Shown piece after piece: positions 47,968 to 58,950 of a DNA stretch of 64,000 bases. The translations under genes and the position numbers were made by a program. The stretch spans positions 22,079 to 86,078 of the forward strand of contig JAITVV010000036.1 of assembly GCA_031285625.1 (NCBI GenBank), in the 5' to 3' direction. The first letter of the stretch is position 1, and each line of letters begins with the position of its first letter. The stretch is from Prevotella sp. GTDB taxonomy: Bacteria; Bacteroidota; Bacteroidia; Bacteroidales; Dysgonomonadaceae. Under the pieces are notes generated by a model, which was given only the letters and a program-made list of their open reading frames with translations, did no database searches and was not told the origin of the DNA.

Positions 47968-49842
47968 ATGTTCATGAAAACCAATTTCAGCTTCCTTTTT
48001 TTATTTTCTTTCCTTTTATTTTATGGATGTGCACAAGTTGATGCTCCGAAACCTTATGGTGTAATACCTTCTACAGATCAGGTAAACTGGCAGCAGATGG
48101 AATATTATATGTTTGTACACTTCGGTCCTAATACATTTACTAATGTGGAATGGGGAGATGGAAAGGAGGATCCGAAAGTATTTAATCCTACAGATGTGGA
48201 TTGCCGTCAGTGGGCAGCTACAGCCAAGGCTGCGGGGATGAAGGGAATCATAATCACAGCAAAGCATCACGATGGTTTTTGTTTGTGGCCGAGCAAATAC
48301 AGTACACATACTGTAAGGGAAAGCTTGTGGAAAGATGGCAAAGGAGATATACTTAAAGAATTGTCAGAAGCCTGTCGTGAATACGGATTGAAGTTTGGGG
48401 TCTATCTTTCCCCATGGGATCAGAACCATCCGCAATATGGAACTCCTGAATATAATCAGGTATTTTCAAATACATTAGATGAGGTACTTTCCGGATACGG
48501 AGAAGTATTTGAACAGTGGTTTGACGGAGCAAACGGAGAAGGTAAAGATGGTAAAAAGCAAGTTTATGATTGGGATTTGTTTCATAATACAGTATACAGG
48601 AATCAACCTCATGCTATAATCTTTAGTGATGTTGGCCCTGGTTGCCGATGGATGGGTAATGAGCGTGGTGTTGCCGGAGAAACAAACTGGTCGACACTAA
48701 ATATAAAAGGTTTTGGCCCGGGACATGATGCCCCTCCGGTTGAGGTTTTAAATGCAGGTGTACAAGGTGGTGAGGCGTGGGTTCCTGCCGAAACGGATGT
48801 TTCTATCCGTCCGGGATGGTTTTACAGTCCTGCTACAGATGATAAAGTAAAGTCAGTGGATAAATTGATGGATATTTATTATACTTCTATTGGACGTAAC
48901 TCAAATTTGTTATTGAATGTACCTCCTGACCGCAGAGGACGGATTCATCCAACTGATTCTACCCGCCTGATGGAATTCCGGAAAGCTGTTGATGAATCTT
49001 TTGCAAATGACCTGATTGATGGTGCAAACATAACTGCAAGCAATATAAGGGGCAATTCAACAAAATTCTCAGAAGCAAATTTACTGGATGATAATTACGA
49101 TACATATTGGACAACAGAAGATAATGATTTAACTCCTTCTCTAGAAATAGATTTGAAACAGAAGCAGAATTTTAACAGATTGCTCTTACAGGAATATATT
49201 CCTCTGGGGCAACGAGTTTCTTCATTTGAAGTGAAATATTGGGATGATACCAAAAATGATTGGGCTGATCTGACAAAAGCAACAACTATAGGTTATAAGC
49301 GTATACTGCGCTTCCCAACAATATCTACACAGAAACTTAAAGTTAGCTTTACAGGATTAGCTTGTCCGGTAATCAGTAAAGTCAGTATTTATAATGCTCC
49401 GGAGCAATTCTCAGGGGTAGAAAGTGCAAATACAGACCTTAAATTCATAAATTCATCTAAGTGGAAACTTATTTCACCAACGGCGGATTTATCAAAGATT
49501 ACAGATAATGATAATACTACATATCTGGAGATAGATAAAAATATACCGTTAGTGGTAGATATGGGAGAAGTGTTTAAGGTGAAAGGTTTTTCGTATGTTC
49601 CTCTTAACAAAGTGCAATCTTCAAACATCTTAAGATATAATATATATGTAAGTGAAAATGGTAAAGACTGGAAACAAGTGAAGAATAATGCAATATTTAA
49701 TAATATCGCCAATAATCCGGTTGTGCAGGATATTACTTTATTTGCGGATAATCCCGAGAGCGTACGTTATTTAAAATTAGAACCGATAGAGATTGCCGAT
49801 TCAGGAAACAAATATTTTGTAGCAGGAATAAAAGTCTTTTAA
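47968..49842 (+). CDS. Alpha-L-fucosidase (GH29) lipoprotein with F5/8-type C (CBM32-like) domains
   Basis: FVHFGPNTF, TAKHHDGFCLW, YLSPWD, WFDGA, SIRPGWFY, SIGRNSNLLLNVPP. Confidence 0.93.
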   Translation: MFMKTNFSFLFLFSFLLFYGCAQVDAPKPYGVIPSTDQVNWQQMEYYMFVHFGPNTFTNVEWGDGKEDPKVFNPTDVDCRQWAATAKAAGMKGIIITAKHHDGFCLWPSKYSTHTVRESLWKDGKGDILKELSEACREYGLKFGVYLSPWDQNHPQYGTPEYNQVFSNTLDEVLSGYGEVFEQWFDGANGEGKDGKKQVYDWDLFHNTVYRNQPHAIIFSDVGPGCRWMGNERGVAGETNWSTLNIKGFGPGHDAPPVEVLNAGVQGGEAWVPAETDVSIRPGWFYSPATDDKVKSVDKLMDIYYTSIGRNSNLLLNVPPDRRGRIHPTDSTRLMEFRKAVDESFANDLIDGANITASNIRGNSTKFSEANLLDDNYDTYWTTEDNDLTPSLEIDLKQKQNFNRLLLQEYIPLGQRVSSFEVKYWDDTKNDWADLTKATTIGYKRILRFPTISTQKLKVSFTGLACPVISKVSIYNAPEQFSGVESANTDLKFINSSKWKLISPTADLSKITDNDNTTYLEIDKNIPLVVDMGEVFKVKGFSYVPLNKVQSSNILRYNIYVSENGKDWKQVKNNAIFNNIANNPVVQDITLFADNPESVRYLKLEPIEIADSGNKYFVAGIKVF

Positions 49843-49870
49843 TTATCTTTATAGCCCAAATAATTTAAAA

Positions 49871-50437
49871 ATGAAGAAAATATTTTGTTCCTTACTCTTT
49901 ATTTTATTTTTGGTAAGTTGTAGCAGCGACAGTGACGAGATCGATGATATCTTAACTGTAGTTACTGTAGATTTATCGGATTTTACAGTATATGCCGGCT
50001 CTGCCCATGGTGGAGTAGAGGTGCAGTTTAATGATTTGAAGCGTACAGAATTAGCACAACGTTTTTTTGGAAGCAGATATAATTATAATTTATACGGAGA
50101 AATTGAAATTCAGTTTAATGATAATATGCTGACTTTTGTAGATTCGACTGGAACGAGAAAAATTGTTTCTAATTTTGAGTTTAAGGGTGATTCGCTATTT
50201 ATAAATAAATCTGACGGAACAAAAGTCTTTGTTGCTCTGGGTACTCTTGATAACCTTTACAGGCTGCAAGGATTGTCGCGTTATCGCCTTACTGAGGAAA
50301 AAGATACCATTCGGGTATTTAATGAGGTCCTTAGTCTGGACAAGATGCTTCAGGTAAGAGGACTTACCAGCCTGAAGGATATGACTGATCCTACTGATAC
50401 AATTGTATGGTGTAATGCTACTTATTTATTCAAATAA
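49871..50437 (+). CDS. Hypothetical lipoprotein (paralog 1)
   Basis: Lipobox LVSC followed by acidic SSDSDE. Confidence 0.75.
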   Translation: MKKIFCSLLFILFLVSCSSDSDEIDDILTVVTVDLSDFTVYAGSAHGGVEVQFNDLKRTELAQRFFGSRYNYNLYGEIEIQFNDNMLTFVDSTGTRKIVSNFEFKGDSLFINKSDGTKVFVALGTLDNLYRLQGLSRYRLTEEKDTIRVFNEVLSLDKMLQVRGLTSLKDMTDPTDTIVWCNATYLFK

Positions 50438-50452
50438 TATTTCTGAAATAAG

Positions 50453-50986
50453 ATGAACTGTTTAAAATATATATTCTTTGTTACATTAGCTTTATTTGTA
50501 TCTTGTAGCGATGACAATAAGATAGATAACATCCGGTATTATCAGTCTGAGGTCATCGATTTTAATGTCTATGCAGGATCTGCAACCGGAGCAAATAAGA
50601 TCGTAACAAACAGATTTGATTCTACAACAGTTTTTATAAGCCTCTTTGAACTATATACTACAGATGCAACAATCCTGTTTGATGAGGGTACAGTTTTTAT
50701 AAACCAGGGTATTATAAGAGAGCGTAGTGAATACAGATTTGTGGATAGCTTATTATATATTTCTACCGGAGGGGTAGAGCAATATTATGGACGGGGTAAT
50801 GAGAAAAACCTGAGAGTAAGGCAGCATTATGTGGGCTATAAAAGTACAGGAAATACAATAACTTTATTTCAGGGGCCTGCAAAAGACCTTATTACTCTGG
50901 AAGATGCTATTAAAAGTGCACAAAAGACAAAGGTACCTGTAGGAGATACCATTATGTGGGTGACGAGGGTATCATACTTTCAGTAA
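50453..50986 (+). CDS. Hypothetical lipoprotein (paralog 2)
   Basis: Lipobox FVSC followed by SDD; shares DFxVYAGSAxG and DTIxW with the upstream gene. Confidence 0.75.
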   Translation: MNCLKYIFFVTLALFVSCSDDNKIDNIRYYQSEVIDFNVYAGSATGANKIVTNRFDSTTVFISLFELYTTDATILFDEGTVFINQGIIRERSEYRFVDSLLYISTGGVEQYYGRGNEKNLRVRQHYVGYKSTGNTITLFQGPAKDLITLEDAIKSAQKTKVPVGDTIMWVTRVSYFQ

Positions 50987-51006
50987 ATTATTAATACAAA
51001 TATTTG

Positions 51007-51030
51007 AGGCTTGCTATATGCAAGCCTTTT
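51007..51030 (+). terminator. Rho-independent terminator
   Basis: AGGCTTGC / GCAAGCCT stem plus T-run. Confidence 0.75.
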
Positions 51031-51059
51031 CATTTTAAAGTGTTTTCAATAAAAATACG

Positions 51060-51067
51060 TACCTTTG
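51060..51067 (+). promoter_or_regulatory. -7 promoter element of der
   Basis: TACCTTTG followed by CAC. Confidence 0.65.
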
Positions 51068-51159
51068 CACAAAATTACAATACAATAAGTGAAAGGAAGT
51101 ATTTAATGATATATTAATCAGAACTACTTGTTGTATTCAATCCTAACAAAGTAACAAAC

Positions 51160-51179
51160 AGGTCTGAGACCTTATAATT
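51160..51179 (+). repeat. Dispersed palindromic leader motif AGGTC-N3-GACCT, copy 3
   Basis: 20/20 identity to 9221-9240, ending 4 nt before the der ATG. Confidence 0.8.
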
Positions 51180-51183
51180 AATT

Positions 51184-52497
51184 ATGGGAAATTTAGTAGC
51201 TATAGTAGGACGCCCCAATGTGGGTAAGTCGACCCTGTTTAATCGATTGACTGAGAGTCGTCAGGCTATAGTCGATGAAACCTCGGGAACAACACGTGAC
51301 CGCCAATATGGAAAGGTAGAATGGGGAGGGCAGGAGTTCTCTCTTGTAGATACAGGCGGATGGGTTGTTAATTCTGATGATGTTTTTGAAAGTGAAATAA
51401 ATAAGCAAGTATCGATTGCTATTGAGGAAGCCGATGTTATCCTTTTCATGGTAGACGTGATGAATGGCCTTACCGATCTGGATTCATCCGTGGCAAATAT
51501 GTTGCGCCGTTCGAAGAAACCGATTATCCTGGTTTCGAATAAGGCTGATAACTTCAATCTTCATGCGCAGTCTGCAGAATTTTATGCATTGGGCTTGAGC
51601 GACCCTATCAATATCTCCGCTATCAATGGTTCCGGAACGGGCGATTTGCTAGATCTTATTATATCCAAGTTTACAAAGAAAAGCGAAGATGAAGTATTGG
51701 AGGAGATTCCACGTATTGCTATTGTTGGTAGACCTAACGCCGGTAAATCCTCTATGGTAAACGCATTGATGGATGAGGAACGTAACATTGTAACTAATAT
51801 AGCAGGTACTACCCGTGATTCTATTTACACTCGTTTTGATAAGTTCAATATGGATTTTTATCTGGTTGATACTGCCGGTATACGCAAGAAAGGTAAGGTT
51901 ACTGAAGACTTGGAATATTATTCGGTGATTCGTTCTATAAAAGCTATCGAGAACTCGGATGTTTGTGTATTGATGCTTGATGCTACTCAGGGGATCGAGA
52001 GCCAGGATATGAATATTTTTTCATTGATCCAGAAAAATCGTAAAGGCCTTGTTGTATGCGTTAATAAATGGGATCTGGTAGAGAATAAAGAGCAAATTGT
52101 TATTAAAACATTTGAGAATGCTATTCGTCAGCGTTTAGCCCCATTTACTGATTTTCCGATCATCTTTGCTTCGGCAATGACAAAACAGCGTATTCTGAAA
52201 GTTTTGGAGACTGCTAAGGAAGTTTATGAGCGCAGAAAAACTAAAATACCGACTCATAAACTGAATGAAGTATTACTCCCAATAATAGAACATACTCCGC
52301 CTCCGGCTAATAAGGGAAAATATATTAAAATAAAGTATGTAACGCAGATACCTCATACCCAGGTACCGTCGTTTGTCTTTTTCTGTAACCTTCCTCAATG
52401 GATAAAAGATCCATATAAACGCTTCTTGGAAAATCGTATCCGTGATAACTGGGATTTATCGGGTACACCGATAAATATTATTGTTAGAGAAAAATAA
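51184..52497 (+). CDS. der: Ribosome biogenesis GTPase Der (EngA)
   Basis: Two tandem G domains ([16 protein letters not shown]; [16 protein letters not shown]) and a KH-like C-terminus. Confidence 0.98.
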   Translation: MGNLVAIVGRPNVGKSTLFNRLTESRQAIVDETSGTTRDRQYGKVEWGGQEFSLVDTGGWVVNSDDVFESEINKQVSIAIEEADVILFMVDVMNGLTDLDSSVANMLRRSKKPIILVSNKADNFNLHAQSAEFYALGLSDPINISAINGSGTGDLLDLIISKFTKKSEDEVLEEIPRIAIVGRPNAGKSSMVNALMDEERNIVTNIAGTTRDSIYTRFDKFNMDFYLVDTAGIRKKGKVTEDLEYYSVIRSIKAIENSDVCVLMLDATQGIESQDMNIFSLIQKNRKGLVVCVNKWDLVENKEQIVIKTFENAIRQRLAPFTDFPIIFASAMTKQRILKVLETAKEVYERRKTKIPTHKLNEVLLPIIEHTPPPANKGKYIKIKYVTQIPHTQVPSFVFFCNLPQWIKDPYKRFLENRIRDNWDLSGTPINIIVREK

Positions 52498-52929
52498 GCA
52501 GTTTAAAATAACTAAAAAAGGATTCCATCTATTGGAATCCTTTTGTTTATAGAGTATATTTGATTTAGAATTCGATATCATCAGCAATATTGCCTCCTGA
52601 TCCTTGGCATACTTTTCCGTATACTCCTTCATTTTCTTGTCCAGCAAATTACCCCATTTGGTCATTTCCTCAATGTTGTTTCCATCTTGTTCTGCATAAT
52701 ACATTGCAACTTTACTGATGGCTCCAACATTAATACCATATTTCTCAAGGGCTTGTTGAGCACCATCTATACCATACTCATATGCAGTATTCATTTCCGC
52801 CTGGATATCAATGAAAAACTCCCTGTCAGCTTTCATCTTTTCTATCATCGCATTTGCTTTTTCCGGAAGATCAGCCGGTTGCAGGCTTGCTCCAAGTGTG
52901 TTAGTTTTATAAGTGTATATCTGAAACAA
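52456..52929 (-). pseudogene. Possible gene remnant or hypothetical protein
   Basis: Protein-like helical core, but a weak TTG start and a C-terminus that runs through the der terminator into der. Confidence 0.35.
52516..52544. terminator. Bidirectional-type terminator after der
   Basis: AAAAGGATTCCA / TGGAATCCTTTT. Confidence 0.75.
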
Positions 52930-53075
52930 ATATATAAAAATAATGATATTTATGAATGTATAGATATCATATTTTTGTGTTTAAAGAACGTGTTTTTTAG
53001 AATATTGATAACAGTATAATATAATGAACCTAATATTTTAGTACTTTTGTTGGTTCGAATAAGATATATGTAGTT

Positions 53076-53528
53076 ATGAATCAGTCAAGCATCAATATAA
53101 AAAACAAGCGGGCAAGTTTCGATTACGAGTTTATTGAAACATTTACGGCCGGAATTGTTCTTACCGGAACAGAAATAAAGTCTATTCGCCTAGGCAAAGC
53201 CAGCCTGGTGGATACTTTCTGTATATTCGAGAAGAATGAATTATGGGTACGTAATATGTATATTTCCGAATATTTTTATGGCTCATATAATAATCATGCC
53301 GCACGTCGTGACCGTAAGCTTCTGCTAAATAAGAAAGAACTAAAAAAAATGCAGCGCTTGGTTAAAGAAACTGGTTATACGATTGTTCCTACCCGTATCT
53401 TCTTGAATGAACGTGGATTGGCTAAAGTAAATATAGCTGTAGCACGGGGGAAAAAGCAATATGATAAGCGCCAGTCGCTGCGTGAAAAAGATGACAAACG
53501 TGCTATGGATCGTGCTTTGAAGCAATAA
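53076..53528 (+). CDS. smpB: SsrA-binding protein
   Basis: [29 protein letters not shown]; TACTTTTG promoter element at 53042-49. Confidence 0.97.
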   Translation: MNQSSINIKNKRASFDYEFIETFTAGIVLTGTEIKSIRLGKASLVDTFCIFEKNELWVRNMYISEYFYGSYNNHAARRDRKLLLNKKELKKMQRLVKETGYTIVPTRIFLNERGLAKVNIAVARGKKQYDKRQSLREKDDKRAMDRALKQ

Positions 53529-53539
53529 TTTATTTTAGG

Positions 53540-54910
53540 ATGTCGCAAATCAAAGAATTTATTTCACAGCAGAAATATATTATTCTGATCTCTATATTCC
53601 TATTTCTAGGTATATATGGACTGAATCATTATTTCCCCATTACCTTGGACGACTGGAGATACAGTACGCTGGCTGATGGTTCGAGGGTAAGTAATCTGTG
53701 GGAGATATTTGAATATCAGTACGATCATTATTTTACATGGGGAGGCCGTTCTATTGTACATGCCATTGCACAGATAATGCTGGCTGCGGGCATCTTTTGG
53801 GGAGATGTTATGAACAGTATCGGATATATAGCGCTGGTAGTTACCATTTATTATATTGCGAATAAAGGGAATAGTCGCAATATTCCTCTTTTTATAGGAA
53901 TCAATCTTTTAATATGGTTTCTGATTCCTGCATTGATAGAAAATCTATTCTGGATCACAGGGAGTGCCAACTATATGTGGGGTACTTTACTTATTTTACT
54001 TTTCATCTCCTTCTATTGTTCTGCTTTCATATCAGGTCAGTCTAAAGACGGAGGAGTGAAAAGAGCAGGAGTGTTTTTACTTGGTATAATTGCCGGTTGG
54101 ACGAATGAAAATATGGCTGTAGCTATGATATTCTTTGTAATATGCCTCATATTACTTATGAAGAAAGAAAAGCAAAAGCTTCCTCAATGGATGATTTTCG
54201 GACTGGTAGGGGCTATTATCGGCTGTGCTATTATGTTACTGGCTCCGGGAAATTATATACGCAACCAAAGCGAAATGGTGAACATGGCTGCTGAGGGAGC
54301 CGAACCTGTTTATATGTTCTACTTTTATCGATTTACCAGTATACTGAAGGTGGCATCGTGGTATGCACTTATTCCAACAGTTCTATATATTGTTTTTCTA
54401 TTATTATATTTGAAGTTTAGAAAGAAGGGAAATAATAAAATCTTGTATCTGTCGCTTTTATTTGCAGTTACAGGCGGAGTGGCCACATTGATTATGGTTG
54501 CCGCACCTATTTTCCCTGAACGGGTATGGTTTGCCATACTTATATTTCTTTTTATAGGTATAGGGTTATTGTATGCCAATCTCGATTTCTCAGTTATTTA
54601 TATAAAAATTGCTTTTTATGCTGTTATTGGGTTTGCAACATTAGTTTTCTTATATTCCTATTGGCTTAGTCTGAACGATTTTATGCGGATACATACTATC
54701 TGGGCTGAAAGAGACCGTATTGTGAATATGGAAAAACAAAAAGGAGTTAGAGATGTTGTTATGTATGGCCGTTTCAAAGCAGCAGACTCCTGGTTTGTGA
54801 GACCTAAAACAGGAGATATTCCTTTAGACTCTATGGCGTGGATGCAAAATGCCTACGGACATTATATGGGAATAAACTCAGTTAAGATTTTTGATTCGGA
54901 AGATAAATAA
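53540..54910 (+). CDS. DUF6056-like polytopic membrane protein (GT-C-like), paralog 1
   Basis: DDWRYS, WGGR, WITGSANYMWG, AGWTNEN, LLAPGNYIR; about 11 TM segments. Confidence 0.7.
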   Translation: MSQIKEFISQQKYIILISIFLFLGIYGLNHYFPITLDDWRYSTLADGSRVSNLWEIFEYQYDHYFTWGGRSIVHAIAQIMLAAGIFWGDVMNSIGYIALVVTIYYIANKGNSRNIPLFIGINLLIWFLIPALIENLFWITGSANYMWGTLLILLFISFYCSAFISGQSKDGGVKRAGVFLLGIIAGWTNENMAVAMIFFVICLILLMKKEKQKLPQWMIFGLVGAIIGCAIMLLAPGNYIRNQSEMVNMAAEGAEPVYMFYFYRFTSILKVASWYALIPTVLYIVFLLLYLKFRKKGNNKILYLSLLFAVTGGVATLIMVAAPIFPERVWFAILIFLFIGIGLLYANLDFSVIYIKIAFYAVIGFATLVFLYSYWLSLNDFMRIHTIWAERDRIVNMEKQKGVRDVVMYGRFKAADSWFVRPKTGDIPLDSMAWMQNAYGHYMGINSVKIFDSEDK

Positions 54911-54937
54911 GGTTATTATAATAGTTATTTTAGATAG

Positions 54938-57900
54938 ATGCAAAAGATACAAGATATATTAAAAGGGAGAATTCTTGTCCTGGATGGGGCAATGGGTAGT
55001 CTTATACAGCAATACAAACTGACCGAAGAGGGTTTCCGTGGTGAGCGGTTCCGCGATGTAACTATTTTACAGAAAGGGAATAATGAGATACTTAACCTTA
55101 CGCGTCCGGATATTATAGAAGAAATTCATCGTAAATATCTGGATGCAGGTGCGGACATTATAGAAACAAATACCTTTAATGGCACAGCTATATCATTGGA
55201 AGATTATGATATGGCCGGTCTGGTGAAGGAAATAAACCGTGAGGCAGCCCGTATAGCAAAAAAGGCGGCAGAGGAATATACAAAGCAAAATCCTGATAAA
55301 CCCCGTTTTGTTGCAGGCTCTATAGGACCGACAAATAAAACGGCATCGATGAGCCCCAAGGTAGAAAACCCGATCTATCGTGCTGTCACTTTTGATGATT
55401 TACATGCTGCCTATAAAGAGCAGATAGAAGGGCTTGTGGATGGAGGTGTTGACTTATTGCTGATTGAAACAATATTTGATACGCTGAACGCCAAAGCAGC
55501 CTTATTTGCTGCGGAGGAAGTCCGTAAGGAACGTAATATAGAATTGCCGATAATGATATCGGTAACCTTGTCGGATAAAGCCGGACGTACATTGTCAGGG
55601 CAAACGATTGGCGGTTTTCTGGCATCAGTAAACCATATCGATTATCTATCGGTAGGGCTTAATTGTTCTTTTGGCGCGTCGGATATGAAACCATTTTTGA
55701 AAGAGATTGCAAAAACGGCACCTGGCTTTATTTCAGCCCATCCGAATGCAGGTTTGCCTAATCAGTTTGGTGAATATGACCAGACACCTGAAATAATGGC
55801 AACACAAATAAAAGAATTTATTGATGAAGGACTGGTAAATATAGTTGGAGGATGCTGTGGTACAACTCCTGCTCATATTGCCAAATATGCAGATCTGGTA
55901 AAAGGAGCTACACCTCATAAACCGACAGGTAAACCTAAATATATGTGGCTCTCGGGATTGGAGTTATTGGAGGCCAAGCCGGAAATTAATTTTATCAATA
56001 TAGGTGAACGGCTGAATGTTGCCGGTTCACGTAAGTTCCTTAGGCTGATTAAGGAAGAAAAGTATGAAGAAGCTCTTACTATTGCACATAAGCAGGTAGA
56101 AGACGGTGCGCAGGTATTGGATGTAAACATGGACGAGGGGCTACTGGATGGTGTCAAAGAAATGACTACTTTCCTTAACCTTATGGCCTCCGATCCTGAT
56201 GTATCGCGTGTCCCTGTTATGATTGACTCATCCAAGTGGGAAGTACTCGAAGCCGGATTGAAGTGTGTACAAGGTAAACCTATTTTAAATTCGATTTCAC
56301 TCAAAGGCGGAGAAGAAGAATTTCTGCGTCAGGCACGGCTTATACGTCAATATGGTGCTGCTGTCATCGTGATGGCTTTTGATGAAACGGGTCAGGCCGA
56401 CACATTTAAGCGCAGAATAGAAATATGTGAAAGGGCTTATAAAATACTTGTAAATGACGGATTTAATCCTCTTGATATAATTTTCGATCCCAATGTGTTG
56501 GCTATTGCCACAGGTATCGAAGAACACCGTAATTATGCAGTCGACTTTCTGGAAACTATTTCCTGGATAAAAGAGAACCTTCCACACGCCAAAATCAGCG
56601 GGGGAATTAGTAATTTATCTTTTTCGTTTCGGGGTAATGATTATGTACGTGAAGCTATGCACGCCGTATTCCTGTATTATGCTATTCAGCGTGGTATGGA
56701 TATGGGAATCGTAAATCCTGGACAGTCGGTAGTTTACGATGATATTCCTCTCGAATTGAGAAATCTGGTGGAAGATGTAATTTTTAACCGGAGGGCAGAG
56801 GCTACGGACGAACTGATAGAGTATGCCGAAAAAGTAAAGAATGAGAATTCAGGTCAAACAGAACAAAAGGTAGAAGAATGGCGTTCATTTCCACTTGATG
56901 AGCGGATACAATATGCTTTGATAAAAGGGATTAGCGACTATCTGGAGGTAGATCTGGAAGAGGCACTGAAAGTGTATCCCAAAGCTGTAGATATTATTGA
57001 CAAACCATTGATGGATGGTATGAACAAGGTAGGCGACTTATTCGGTTCGGGTAAGATGTTCCTTCCTCAGGTAGTAAAGACCGCCCGTACTATGAAGCGT
57101 GCTGTAGCTATACTTCAACCAACACTGGAAGCTCAGAAAGCTTCATCTGCGGGAAGTAACAAAGCAGGTAAACTCGTAATAGCAACAGTAAAAGGTGACG
57201 TGCATGATATAGGTAAAAATATCGTGTCTATCATTCTTGCGTGTAATAACTACGAAGTTATAGACCTGGGAGTGATGACTCCGCCTGAAGTTATAATCCA
57301 GAAAGTAAAAGAAGAGCAACCTGATATACTCTGTCTGAGCGGATTGATTACTCCTTCATTGGAAGAAATGAGTATTGTAGCCCATGAAATGGAAAAAGCA
57401 GGTTTTTCTATTCCTTTGATGATTGGTGGTGCTACTACTTCTAAATTGCATACAGCTATTAAGATAGACCCCAAATACAATAATGGTTCGGTAGTGTATG
57501 TTAAAGATGCTTCGCAGGCTCCTGCAGCGGTAGGTAAGCTTATCAATCCTGCCACAAAAGATAACTATATAGAAGAGATCCGTAGCGAATATGCTTCGTT
57601 GCGTGATACTGTCGGAGATAAAAAATCCGATCTGTTGCCATTATCCGAAGTATTGGGTAAAGGAATGAAAATAGACTGGGCAGAATATAAAGCTCCTGAA
57701 CCAAAGACTAAGGGGCGCCAGACTTTAAAGCATATCCCTGTTGAGGAGATAGTGCCTTATGTGGACTGGAAATTCTTTTTCCATTCGTGGAATTTATCAG
57801 CCAGATATGCATCTGTTCAGCATATAGACGACTGTTCGTCATGCCGTGCTACTTGGTTAAATTCATTTTCTGAGTCTGAACGGGAAAAGGCTTCGGAAGG

Positions 57901-58630
57901 TATGCAGTTGTACAGGGATGCAAAGGAACTATTAGATCAATTGATATTTGATAAAGCAGACTATATTAATGCTGTGTTTGGTGTTTTTGATGCCTATAGT
58001 GATAATGAATGTCTGTATATTAATGATATAAGCTTTCCAATGCTTCGTCAGCAGAAGAAAAATGATAAGGGGGAGTATCTGTCTCTTTGTGATTTCGTTG
58101 CTCCAAAATCTTCCGGAAAGAAGGATTATGTAGGAGGGTTTACGGTTACGGCAGGAGTAGGAGCTAATGAATTAATGAGTGAGTATGAACGTCAGGGTGA
58201 TGAATACAAAGTCTTATTGCTTAAGTCTGTATTAGATCGCCTGGCAGAAGCTACAACAGAATGGCTGCATGCTAAGATTAGGAAAGAATACTGGGGTTTT
58301 GCTGCAGATGAGAATATATCTGTAAATGATATGTTTACCCTAAAATATCAGGGTATTCGTCCAGCTGTGGGTTATCCTTCTATTCCGGATCAGTCTATCA
58401 ATTTCCTGTTGAATCACGATTTACTTCAATCTGAAGAAATCGGGGTAGAATTGACAGAAAACGGGGTTATGCTACCAAATGCTTCAGTGAGTGGCATTAT
58501 TATTTCTCATCCTAAATCAAAATATTTCAATATAGGAAATATTCTGGATGACCAACTGGATTCATATATTGATAGACGGGGCGAGAATGCAGAATTGATA
58601 CGTAAATTTTTGGGAGCTAATTTGGTTTGA
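54938..58630 (+). CDS. metH: Cobalamin-dependent methionine synthase
   Basis: LDGAMG, GLNC, GGCCGT, IGERLNVAGS, GDVHDIG (DxHxxG), GIRPAVGYP; 1230 aa. Confidence 0.97.
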   Translation: MQKIQDILKGRILVLDGAMGSLIQQYKLTEEGFRGERFRDVTILQKGNNEILNLTRPDIIEEIHRKYLDAGADIIETNTFNGTAISLEDYDMAGLVKEINREAARIAKKAAEEYTKQNPDKPRFVAGSIGPTNKTASMSPKVENPIYRAVTFDDLHAAYKEQIEGLVDGGVDLLLIETIFDTLNAKAALFAAEEVRKERNIELPIMISVTLSDKAGRTLSGQTIGGFLASVNHIDYLSVGLNCSFGASDMKPFLKEIAKTAPGFISAHPNAGLPNQFGEYDQTPEIMATQIKEFIDEGLVNIVGGCCGTTPAHIAKYADLVKGATPHKPTGKPKYMWLSGLELLEAKPEINFINIGERLNVAGSRKFLRLIKEEKYEEALTIAHKQVEDGAQVLDVNMDEGLLDGVKEMTTFLNLMASDPDVSRVPVMIDSSKWEVLEAGLKCVQGKPILNSISLKGGEEEFLRQARLIRQYGAAVIVMAFDETGQADTFKRRIEICERAYKILVNDGFNPLDIIFDPNVLAIATGIEEHRNYAVDFLETISWIKENLPHAKISGGISNLSFSFRGNDYVREAMHAVFLYYAIQRGMDMGIVNPGQSVVYDDIPLELRNLVEDVIFNRRAEATDELIEYAEKVKNENSGQTEQKVEEWRSFPLDERIQYALIKGISDYLEVDLEEALKVYPKAVDIIDKPLMDGMNKVGDLFGSGKMFLPQVVKTARTMKRAVAILQPTLEAQKASSAGSNKAGKLVIATVKGDVHDIGKNIVSIILACNNYEVIDLGVMTPPEVIIQKVKEEQPDILCLSGLITPSLEEMSIVAHEMEKAGFSIPLMIGGATTSKLHTAIKIDPKYNNGSVVYVKDASQAPAAVGKLINPATKDNYIEEIRSEYASLRDTVGDKKSDLLPLSEVLGKGMKIDWAEYKAPEPKTKGRQTLKHIPVEEIVPYVDWKFFFHSWNLSARYASVQHIDDCSSCRATWLNSFSESEREKASEGMQLYRDAKELLDQLIFDKADYINAVFGVFDAYSDNECLYINDISFPMLRQQKKNDKGEYLSLCDFVAPKSSGKKDYVGGFTVTAGVGANELMSEYERQGDEYKVLLLKSVLDRLAEATTEWLHAKIRKEYWGFAADENISVNDMFTLKYQGIRPAVGYPSIPDQSINFLLNHDLLQSEEIGVELTENGVMLPNASVSGIIISHPKSKYFNIGNILDDQLDSYIDRRGENAELIRKFLGANLV

Positions 58631-58950
58631 TAGTCATATATGATATAGAATATATTTTCAGTTCACCAGTTTTACTTATTTTTGTATAAAATAAGGTTTG
58701 CTTCAAATGTAGAGAGATTAAAAGACAGAATGTCCAATTTGGACAACGCAACATAAGGAAAACGATTATCGATGCTTCTTTGATAATCAGATATAATGAA
58801 CGGAAATTAATCCGGCATGCTATGTCATAAAATTACTGGCATAGTTTGTTGTTGATTTAAAATTGATGCTCTAAAGGTAAGGTTGGAGTTATTAGAAAAA
58901 CGTTATTTCGAAGTAGAAGTAATGTTATAGCAGCGCAGAATATATATAAA

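Noticed and set aside
52930-53540. tmRNA (ssrA) next to smpB
   Set aside because: No room, and no tRNA-like GGGG...CCACCA ends
54911-54937. Cobalamin or SAM riboswitch before metH
   Set aside because: The gap is only 27 bp
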